The position numbers and the translations under genes were made by a program. This document shows positions 16,991 through 23,657 of a DNA stretch of 24,949 nt, piece by piece (position 1 is the first letter of the stretch; every line of letters starts with the position of its first letter). The DNA comes from a virus. Its lineage: Duplodnaviria; Heunggongvirae; Uroviricota; Caudoviricetes. A model generated the notes under the pieces. That model was given only the letters and a program-made list of their open reading frames with translations. It was not told the DNA's origin and searched no databases. The stretch is from IMG/VR virus record IMGVR_UViG_3300022187_000019. One strand, 5' to 3'.

Positions 16991-17617
16991 ATGGCAAAGA
17001 AGCGAGCAAAGACTTTCGACGAGAAGCAGTTCCAGAAGCTGCTCAAGCACGTCACCGAAAACAGCCCGATGCCGGTCCGCGATCGCCTGATCGTCGCCCT
17101 GTCGTTCAAGGCTGGTCTGCGCGTAGGCGAGATCGCCAAGATCAAGATCGCCGCGATGCTCACCACCACCGGCACCATCGCCAAAGACATCAACATCTTC
17201 TCCGACGTGGGCAAGGGGCGGCGCGAACGCACCGTCCCCATGAACGGCCTTGTCAAGGAATGCCTGCAAGCGTTCCGCAAGGCGTATCCCTCGGCGGATG
17301 TTGTTGCGATCTCAGCACAGCCATGGCGCTGGAAGCTGGAGCGCGGGGAAGCGATCCCTGCCCATGCCGCCCACAAGGCGATGTCCCCCACAGCACTGCG
17401 TGCCTATTACAACCGCCTGATCCAGTCCGGCGGCTTCGAGGGCGCGTCCACTCACTCTGGACGACGCACCTTCGGGACCACACTTGCCCGGAGCGCGAAC
17501 CACCACCACTGTTCGTTGCGTGACGTTCAGCGGTTGATGGGCCACGCGAGCATTGAGACGACCGAACAGTATATCGAAGTGTCTGACGACGCGCGGAGCT
17601 TGGTCGGAGCGCTCTGA
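16991..17617 (+). CDS. Tyrosine recombinase, catalytic domain only
   Basis: GLRVGE (R), GKG (K), HSGR (HxxR), MGHASIETTEQY (H, Y). 208 aa with no arm- or core-binding N-terminal domain. Confidence 0.92.
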   Translation: MAKKRAKTFDEKQFQKLLKHVTENSPMPVRDRLIVALSFKAGLRVGEIAKIKIAAMLTTTGTIAKDINIFSDVGKGRRERTVPMNGLVKECLQAFRKAYPSADVVAISAQPWRWKLERGEAIPAHAAHKAMSPTALRAYYNRLIQSGGFEGASTHSGRRTFGTTLARSANHHHCSLRDVQRLMGHASIETTEQYIEVSDDARSLVGAL

Positions 17618-17689
17618 ACTTTTTCCTTGACGAAAGTCATGGAACTAACTTAGAGACGAATCAACACCGAAAACAAGGAGACATTCAGC

Positions 17690-18199
17690 ATGACCGAAGC
17701 AGCAACCGCCACCCGACGTAACCGAACCGCAGCCGCCTCCGAAGTGGTTGCCGCTCCACAGCCGACCGCCCCGAAGCGCACGCCTCGTGCTCCCCGCCAG
17801 TCGGCGGCTGCTGAGATCAGCGAAGCTCCGGTCCGTCAGGGCGCTGGCACGGCTACTGCCGATCTCGATGGCACGATCGGCGGCACCAAGCAGGTCCTGA
17901 TCTCCGTGCTGGAGATGGAGACCGGCAAGTCCGGCCGCAAGCGCCTGCCGGAAGAGTATCCGTTCGACCAGCTTACCCCGGCCACCAAGACCGCTGACGG
18001 CAAGATCATGGGTCCGTCCTTCTTCATCCCCATCAGCGATCGTGCCGAAGGCCGTCTGGCCGCCGCCCGCAAGCGCCATAAGTGCCTGTTCTGGTCGCGT
18101 AAGACCTTCGAGGCGGTCACGCCCGGCGGAGAGGTAGTCCCCGGCCTGCGTATCTGGCGCGGCGACGAGGCGCTGGCGGAACTCGCCAACAAGTCCTGA
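17690..18199 (+). CDS. Probable phage DNA-binding protein (YPF...SFFxP...GxRIWR family)
   Basis: AAGGAG SD; disordered N-terminus; conserved-looking C-terminal domain. Confidence 0.6.
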   Translation: MTEAATATRRNRTAAASEVVAAPQPTAPKRTPRAPRQSAAAEISEAPVRQGAGTATADLDGTIGGTKQVLISVLEMETGKSGRKRLPEEYPFDQLTPATKTADGKIMGPSFFIPISDRAEGRLAAARKRHKCLFWSRKTFEAVTPGGEVVPGLRIWRGDEALAELANKS

Positions 18200-18205
18200 A
18201 AGGCA

Positions 18206-18232
18206 GGCGGCCTCCTCACCGAGGCCGCCCTT
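18206..18232 (+). terminator. GC hairpin after the gene, terminator-like with a weak U-tract
   Basis: GGCGGCCTC-N6-GAGGCCGCC. Confidence 0.45.
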
Positions 18233-18263
18233 CCCTCCCACCCTGAACGAGAAGGAGAAACAG

Positions 18264-18434
18264 ATGGACCCCGAGGTTGGCCAGCAGGTGGCTTTCAACA
18301 AACTGGATGATGCGACGTGGTTCGACGTGCTCGCGATCAACGGCTTCAACCTGACCGTGCGCGAGGCCGAGACTGACTATGCGCCCCAGACCATCGACAA
18401 GAGCGCCGTGAAGCAGGTTCGGGAAGCGGCCTAA
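18264..18434 (+). CDS. 56-aa hypothetical protein (not in the ORF track)
   Basis: AAGGAG SD. MDPEVGQQVAFNKLDDATWFDVLAING...REAA*. Confidence 0.72.
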   Translation: MDPEVGQQVAFNKLDDATWFDVLAINGFNLTVREAETDYAPQTIDKSAVKQVREAA

Positions 18435-18464
18435 CTTTTTTTTTGAGGGCACTGCATTTTTTAA

Positions 18465-18493
18465 TTGACATACTGCAATTGTGAATGTAGATG
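18465..18493 (+). promoter_or_regulatory. Promoter for the ~220-nt RNA
   Basis: TTGACA-N17-TAGATG with an AT-rich upstream region. Confidence 0.7.
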
Positions 18494-18499
18494 CCCTTT

Positions 18500-18722
18500 C
18501 ACACCGCAGCGATGCGGAACGCTCCAAGATTTACCGAGGGGCAGACTCAGCCGGAGTCACTTTGCGGACAAGTAGTGTCGAACTTGGACATGAACGAAAG
18601 CACTGGCCGGTCTGGTATGGATACGCTCCGAGTAAAGGGCGGGTAGAACGGAGGAAGCTCCGAGATCGCCGGCCCCTAATCGGGAGGCCATCCCAGCGCA
18701 AGTGAGGCTGTCACGCGGTAAG
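18500..18722 (+). ncRNA. Unidentified structured RNA (~220 nt)
   Basis: Own promoter, no SD-led ORF, many hairpins including GNRA loops. Confidence 0.55.
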
Positions 18723-18749
18723 TTTTGGATTGCCTCTTGCAATTATGAC

Positions 18750-18778
18750 TTGACATTGCTCGAATCAGTTGTTAGAGG
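18750..18778 (+). promoter_or_regulatory. Promoter for the large ncRNA
   Basis: TTGACA-N17-TAGAGG. Confidence 0.72.
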
Positions 18779-18784
18779 CTCAGG

Positions 18785-19628
18785 AACACCCCGCTTGAGG
18801 GGGATAGCGTTGGGTAACCAACGTAAAGGAGGTATGGCCACATAACTCCGCCGGCTTGCCGGTCAATTCAAGCAAGTGCAGTCAGGTCCGCGAGGATCGC
18901 TTCTGGTAACGGGAGCTAGGCTGTTAGCAGGACAAGGCCCTTGAGGGGATAGAGGAGAGCCAGATCGGTGACCTCGAACGCCGGAGTAGAACCCGGAGCT
19001 TGTGTCTAACCTGCGGCAGCGGATGATAAAGCACAAGGTCATCAGTTCAAGACTTAGCGGTCAAGAGCAATGATCAGTTTGGTAGGGTGAAGGTCCTGCT
19101 CGACGGTCTTGGTAGTGTTTAGCGACATGACGGACATGAGGCGACTAGCATTCCGCAGGTGGAAACATCAGTGGAACTAGGAGGTAGCTCGTCTCGGTGG
19201 CTTGCAAACTTAGCTTAGTGGTAAAGCAACGGACTCTTAATCCGTGGATCGCTGGTTCGAACCCAGCAGTTCATATCAAAACGCAAAGATTGCTTCGACT
19301 GTATGTGAAAGACGCCTAATACCGCAGGGTTCGCCCAATGCGGTCTGCTCCTAGCCGGCAAAGCGAAGAGTGGTTGGTGAAAGAAAGTTCGTTGCCCCGT
19401 CGCGGGGGCTTAATGGCGGTAACACGTCAACGGTCTGGGAATCGCCGAATATCATGCAGTGTCGCCGCTAATGCCAGCGGCCCCGTGAGAATCGGGAAAA
19501 ATAGGCGGCGTTGATCTGGGACCGGGCTACTCGCAAGAGGGCTTGGTGGATAAGGTGGCAAGGTGCCTCGCAAGGGTTCCGTAATCCTCCGAACGACAGA
19601 TCGCAACGGGTGTAGTCTCAGCCTGTCT
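18785..19628 (+). ncRNA. GOLLD-like giant ncRNA (~840 nt)
   Basis: ORF-free, next to tRNAs, GNRA-rich. The 3' half has TAATACCGCAGGGTTCG...CCTAG...AAAG..GAGTGGTTGG..AGAAAGTTCG and ends GGGTGTAGTCTCAGCC, which I recall as GOLLD consensus blocks (not searched). Confidence 0.72.
19204..19278 (+). tRNA. tRNA-Lys(CTT)-like element embedded in the GOLLD RNA; broken acceptor stem, no CCA
   Basis: D arm GCTT/AAGC, anticodon arm ACGGA-CTCTTAA-TCCGT, T arm GCTGG-TTCGAAC-CCAGC. The acceptor stem has two mismatches near its end. Confidence 0.8.
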
Positions 19629-19640
19629 ATATTCATCACC

Positions 19641-19790
19641 GTGGTTGGTTGGTCAGGTCTGCGGACCTGTCTTCTGGATTGGTGCCAGCAAGCCGACCAC
19701 AATTTCACTCGCTTTGTAGATGCTGAGCCGTTGACCGACGGAACTACCCGACATGCGACCTAACCCGCGTATTCGCGAGGTTCAGTGTCT
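19641..19790 (+). ncRNA. Two small three-way-junction structures 3' of GOLLD
   Basis: GTGGTTGGTT/AGCCGACCAC closes two hairpins; CTGAG/TTCAG closes two more. Confidence 0.4.
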
Positions 19791-19813
19791 TCATAGCCAG
19801 TGTAATTTTTCTC

Positions 19814-19842
19814 TTGACATCCAGTCAAGTTTCAATTATCAT
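19814..19842 (+). promoter_or_regulatory. Promoter of tRNA operon 1
   Basis: TTGACA-N17-TATCAT; CTTGAC-N5-GTCAAG palindrome. Confidence 0.8.
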
Positions 19843-19891
19843 TCGGACTTCAACAGCGGTTCTCCGCTTTTCAGGATTTCACGAGCTTCCC

Positions 19892-19984
19892 ATGCGCAAC
19901 ATTCCCGCCATCAACATGATCGCAGCGCCGGCCAATATGGTCCCGGCCGTGATTGCGTGCGCGCTCCCGACGAAGGACGACTGA
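19892..19984 (+). CDS. Putative 30-aa attenuator leader peptide of tRNA operon 1
   Basis: MRNIPAINMIAAPANMVPAVIACALPTKDD*. Codons 3-22 encode only N/I/P/A/M/V. Confidence 0.72.
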   Translation: MRNIPAINMIAAPANMVPAVIACALPTKDD

Positions 19985-20016
19985 CCCGGTCGTCTCGTCT
20001 CATAAGGGATTTTTCG

Positions 20017-20048
20017 AAAGGGTCGCGAAAGCGGCCCTTTTTCGTTTC
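20017..20048 (+). terminator. Intrinsic terminator (attenuator) between the leader and the first tRNA
   Basis: AAAGGGTCGC-GAAA-GCGGCCCTTT followed by TTCGTTTC. Confidence 0.85.
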
Positions 20049-20123
20049 TCGGTGTAGCTCAGTTGGTAGAGCGCCTGCTTTGGGAGCAGGAAGTCGTCGG
20101 TTCGATCCCGGCCACCTTGACCA
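20048..20123 (+). tRNA. tRNA-Pro(TGG)
   Basis: Cloverleaf, loop TTTGGGA, encoded CCA, two acceptor-stem mismatches. Confidence 0.9.
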
Positions 20124-20129
20124 TTTCAT

Positions 20130-20206
20130 CTAGCTGTAGCGCAGTCTGGTAGCGTGTGCCCCTCGGACGGGTGAGGTCGCAGGTTCAAATCCTGCCAGCT
20201 AGACCA
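20130..20206 (+). tRNA. tRNA-Pro(CGG)
   Basis: Cloverleaf, loop CTCGGAC (A37), C1:G72, CCA. Confidence 0.88.
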
Positions 20207-20213
20207 GTTTCAT

Positions 20214-20284
20214 AGCAGTGGATCAGTTCGGGGCGGGCCTCATAAGCCTGCTACCCAGAGGCGCACATCCTCTCACTGCTACCA
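20214..20284 (+). tRNA. Atypical tRNA-Met(CAT)
   Basis: AGCAGTG/CACTGCT acceptor, loop CTCATAA, CCA. D arm is degenerate and the T loop is CGCACAT. Confidence 0.7.
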
Positions 20285-20294
20285 GTTTCAACAT

Positions 20295-20369
20295 GCTCGA
20301 TTAGCTTAATGGTAGAGCGCTGGTTTCACATGCCGGAGGCCGGAGGATCAGTCCCTCCATCGAGCACCA
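20295..20369 (+). tRNA. tRNA-Val(CAC)
   Basis: Cloverleaf, loop TTCACAT, T loop ATCAGTC, CCA. Confidence 0.85.
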
Positions 20370-20378
20370 ACCGAATAT

Positions 20379-20454
20379 GCTTCGTTAGCTCAGTTGGTAG
20401 AGCATCCGTATGACATGCGGAAGGCCGTAGGGTCAGGACCTACACGAAGCACCA
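20379..20454 (+). tRNA. tRNA-Val(GAC)
   Basis: Cloverleaf, loop ATGACAT, T loop GTCAGGA, CCA. Confidence 0.85.
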
Positions 20455-20458
20455 GTTT

Positions 20459-20560
20459 TGGGTCTGCTCGGGACAACATTGGCGAGCAGAGGCAACCGGG
20501 AGATAACCTTGACCCTTACGCACGCTTCGGCGGCGGAGTAGGGAACCTTCCGACCCTCAG
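20459..20560 (+). ncRNA. Unidentified ~100-nt structured non-tRNA element inside the tRNA array
   Basis: GGGTC/GACCC closing stem, TCTGCTCG/CGAGCAGA hairpin, and a UUCG-capped hairpin. Confidence 0.5.
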
Positions 20561-20566
20561 ATTTAT

Positions 20567-20642
20567 GGGGCAGTAGCTCACTTGGGAGAGCGTCGGCTTT
20601 GCACCCCGGAGGTAGAGGGTTCGATCCCCTCCTGTTCCACCA
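20567..20642 (+). tRNA. tRNA-Ala(TGC)
   Basis: G3:U70, loop TTTGCAC, CCA. Confidence 0.92.
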
Positions 20643-20649
20643 GTTTCAT

Positions 20650-20727
20650 TGGCGTATAGTCTTCTAGGTGAAGGCGCTCGGCTGTTAACCGAGATTGAGG
20701 CTGGTTCGAATCCAGCTACGCCAGCCA
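20650..20727 (+). tRNA. tRNA-Asn(GTT)
   Basis: Cloverleaf, loop CTGTTAA, G73, CCA. Confidence 0.92.
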
Positions 20728-20736
20728 TTTGGTTGA

Positions 20737-20810
20737 TGTTCTGTAGCACAACGGTAGTGCATCCGACTGATAATCGGCAGATGGAAGTTCGATTCTTCCC
20801 AGAACAACCA
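20737..20810 (+). tRNA. tRNA-Ile(GAT)
   Basis: Cloverleaf, loop CTGATAA, CCA. Confidence 0.92.
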
Positions 20811-20820
20811 TACCCTTCCA

Positions 20821-20863
20821 TGTGCCGCGAGCCTCTTTGAGGTTTCGCGGCACAGTCATTTTT
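20821..20863 (+). terminator. Terminator ending tRNA operon 1
   Basis: TGTGCCGCGA...TCGCGGCACA hairpin with a T-rich tail. Confidence 0.7.
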
Positions 20864-20865
20864 AC

Positions 20866-20893
20866 TTGACATTATGCGTCTCTAAAGTATCAG
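20866..20893 (+). promoter_or_regulatory. Promoter of the lipoprotein-GSP cassette
   Basis: TTGACA-N16-TATCAG. Confidence 0.6.
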
Positions 20894-20924
20894 CGATTCA
20901 CTCACAATTTCAGAGGGAATCACT

Positions 20925-21314
20925 ATGCGGAAGAAGTCTTTTCTGCTGACCACCACGCTGGCAGCAGCGTTGGCGGTAAGCGCCTGTGGCCGCCCGGCCA
21001 ACCAGTGGGACGAGTCCTACAACGTCTATTCCGACCGCAACACGGCGGTCTGCACCGACAAGAACAAGCGCCGCGTGCCTGACAGCTATTGCCAGCAGAA
21101 CCGTGGCGGCGGAGCCGGCAACGCCTTCATGTGGTATTACCTCGGCAAGTCGGCCGCAGTCCCCTATCACGGCGATCCGGTGCGTGGCGGCAGCTTCGCT
21201 CGCACGCCCGGTGCCACCTACTTCCACGCCCCGGCTTCCTCGTCCGTGACCCGTGCGGCGGCTGTCTCGCGCGGCGGCTTCGGTAAGTCGGCATTCGGGA
21301 GTGTCGGCGGTTGA
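20925..21314 (+). CDS. Lipoprotein, DUF1190/YgiB-YjfM-like
   Basis: Signal peptide with a VSAC lipobox; SRGGFG C-terminal motif; directly upstream of a GSP synthase-like gene. Confidence 0.78.
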   Translation: MRKKSFLLTTTLAAALAVSACGRPANQWDESYNVYSDRNTAVCTDKNKRRVPDSYCQQNRGGGAGNAFMWYYLGKSAAVPYHGDPVRGGSFARTPGATYFHAPASSSVTRAAAVSRGGFGKSAFGSVGG

Positions 21315-22460
21315 TCCGTAAGCAGGTCGCCCAGCGCCTCAACTGGCAGCAGGCCGTCGCCGATGACGGACTGATCTGGCACACCGACGGCGTCGATCCC
21401 TACTGGCGGGAGGGAACCTATTATTCCTTCGCGCCGGGCGAGATCGACCTGTTCGATGAGGCCACCCGCAGCGTCTACAACCTCCTGCTTGCAGCCGGCG
21501 ATGTCATCGTCGGGGACAAGAGCGGGGAATGGCTGACGAAGATGGGCATCCCGCAGAAGGCGCACGCCGCCATCCGCCGGGCGTGGGATCAGGAACCCCC
21601 CTGCCCTCAACTACGGCCGGTTCGACTTCGGTTATGACGGCCGGACCGAACCCAAGATGTTCGAGTTCAATTGCGACACCCCGACCTCGCTGCTGGAAGC
21701 CTCGGTGATCCAGTGGCGCTGGAAGGAGCAGGTCTTCCCGGACCTCGACCAGTTCAACTCCATCCACGAGCATCTGGTCACCAAGTGGGCGGACATCCGC
21801 CCCTTCCTCCCCAACGGCGAAATGCACTTCACGCATTTCTTCGACGATGCCGGTGAAGACACCGTGACGACCGCCTATCTGCGGGACACCGCAGCAGCCG
21901 GCGGTATCGGCTCGAAGGTCATCCTCATCGAAGACATCGGTCTGTCGGCTGATGGGCGCTTCGTTGATTTGGACGAAGAGGTCATCACGACCCTGTTCAA
22001 ACTCTACCCGTGGGAATGGCTGGTCAACGAGGACTACGCCGACGCCGTGTTCAACAGCGTCGATACGATGGTCTGGCTGGAGCCGATCTGGAAGATGATG
22101 TGGAGCAACAAGGGCATCCTGCCCCTGCTCTCCAAGCTCGATCCCGGCAACCCCTTCCTGCTCCACAGCAGCTTCGAGAAGCCGGCGACCGGCTCCTATG
22201 TCAAGAAGCCGCTGCTGGCTCGTGAGGGAGCCAACATCGAGATCGTGGATCGTGATGTGCTGGCGGCCACCGGCGGCGACTACGGCGAGGAAGGGCACGT
22301 CTATCAGGAGATGTATCGTCTCCCGGAAACCGCGCCCGGCGTCTTCCCGGTGATCGGTAGCTGGATCGTTGATGGCGAGCCGTGCGGTATCGGCATCCGC
22401 GAGGACGGCCTCATCACGAGCAACACGGCAAAGTTCGTGCCGCATGTGATCGGGGGCTGA
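21311..22460 (+). pseudogene. Glutathionylspermidine synthase-like ATP-grasp protein (YgiC/YjfC family), split by a +1 frameshift at C6 21596-21601
   Basis: Removing one C gives ...QEPPALNYGRFDFGYDG...EFNCDTPTSLLE..., then KLYPWEW, WSNKGILPLL, VKKPLLAREGANI and IGSWIV...GIRED. Confidence 0.88.
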
Positions 22461-22464
22461 CGCG

Positions 22465-22722
22465 ATGGCCCCCGTCTCGCCCGCCTCCATCGCCGGCCGC
22501 CTCAAGCGCAGCCAAATTTCGACGGTTATCAACCTCGACGAGAACTTCTGCATCCTCGGGTGCAGCGAGTCTTGTGCGATCCGGTTGACCAAGGACACGC
22601 TGCGGCGGCCGGCGCTCGTCGAGGAGGGGCCTCGCAGCGATAACGGCTATCGGACCTTCCGCCTTTCGGTGGTGGGTCAGTCCGTCCAGAAAATCCTTCT
22701 CAGCGAGCGAGGTTTGGGATGA
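22465..22722 (+). CDS. Hypothetical protein
   Basis: Operonic position; ATGA coupling to the channel gene. Confidence 0.6.
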   Translation: MAPVSPASIAGRLKRSQISTVINLDENFCILGCSESCAIRLTKDTLRRPALVEEGPRSDNGYRTFRLSVVGQSVQKILLSERGLG

Positions 22723-23099
22723 GAAAGATAGTCCACCTCCTCGGCCGGAGCTTCCTGACCGTCGCGATCGTCTACGGCATTGTCGTGGTCCTCGCCGCCG
22801 GGCTGTTTGATCTGGCCGAAGCCAAATATGGGATTGGCGATTCCTTGTGGTGGGCCTTCACCACCGCGACCACGACAGGATACGGCGATATGTATCCCGT
22901 CACGGTGGTCGGCCGAGGGGTGGCTATCTTCCTCATGCACTTCGGGCCGGGCTTCGCCTTTCCCGTGATGACGGCAATCATGTCGGCCAAGCTGATCGTG
23001 GATAGTGATGCGTTCACCCATGCTGAGCAGGAGCAGATCAAGAACGACCTCGCGGCGATCCGCGAGATGCTGCATCGTCAGCAGGACGATAGAAAGTGA
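22719..23099 (+). CDS. Minimal two-TM potassium channel (KcsA/Kcv-like)
   Basis: TM1, pore helix SLWWAFTTA, filter TTTGYGD, TM2, C-terminal coiled coil. Confidence 0.92.
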   Translation: MRKIVHLLGRSFLTVAIVYGIVVVLAAGLFDLAEAKYGIGDSLWWAFTTATTTGYGDMYPVTVVGRGVAIFLMHFGPGFAFPVMTAIMSAKLIVDSDAFTHAEQEQIKNDLAAIREMLHRQQDDRK

Positions 23100-23617
23100 G
23101 CGTGATGGATTTGTTCTGTTCGACCTGCGGGACGGCTCATGTGGATCACGAGTATCCCATGAAGTGCCCCGGCTGCTCGGCGATGACGTGGGGAAGTCCC
23201 ACCGGTGTCGTCGTCGTTCTCCAGCGGGTTCGCGTCGGCATCGGCCGGCGCGGTCTTCTCATGGCCCGGCGGGCGATCGAGCCTCACCGTGGCGGCTGGG
23301 CGTTCTTGGGCGGGCATGTCAATCGCGGTGAGTCCTTCGAACAAGCCGCTTGTCGTGAGTGGCTGGAAGAGACCGGCCGGACCATAACCGCCGACAGCCT
23401 CGAATATGTGCAGAGCTATCCGGTAGCGGGCGGCGCGCAGACGATGGCGGTATTCCGTAACCCATGGGTGCTGACCGCCGGGCACTATGAGCGGCTTCGG
23501 CTGTGCCCGGAGAACATGGAGTTCGGCCTCCTCACTGAGTATGAGCAGGTCGCTGATCTGTGCTTTCCCACGCACCGCGAGATCGCGGAGCAATGCTTCA
23601 ACGACTGCTGGTTCTGA
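23096..23617 (+). CDS. Zinc-ribbon NUDIX hydrolase
   Basis: CSTC...CPGC; NUDIX box GHVNRGESFEQAACREWLEETG. Confidence 0.9.
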   Translation: MSVMDLFCSTCGTAHVDHEYPMKCPGCSAMTWGSPTGVVVVLQRVRVGIGRRGLLMARRAIEPHRGGWAFLGGHVNRGESFEQAACREWLEETGRTITADSLEYVQSYPVAGGAQTMAVFRNPWVLTAGHYERLRLCPENMEFGLLTEYEQVADLCFPTHREIAEQCFNDCWF

Positions 23618-23657
23618 CCGGGCCGGAAAAAAAAGTTCGCCTTTCTGAATTTTCTTG

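Noticed and set aside
18640-18670. RNase P or tmRNA in the 220-nt RNA (GAGGAAGCTCC)
   Set aside because: No matching P4 3' strand, too short, and no tRNA-like ends.
18826-18845. Perfect SD (AAGGAGGT) followed by the minigene ATG-GCC-ACA-TAA
   Set aside because: Zero SD-ATG spacing and it lies inside the structured GOLLD 5' region.
18843-18920. Twister-ribozyme-like start (UAACUCCGCC...)
   Set aside because: The P4 stem and pseudoknot partners could not be completed; better explained as GOLLD 5' domain.
20455-20562. HDV-like theta ribozyme 3' of a tRNA
   Set aside because: Could not build the P1/P2/P3/P1.1 topology, and it does not start directly after CCA.
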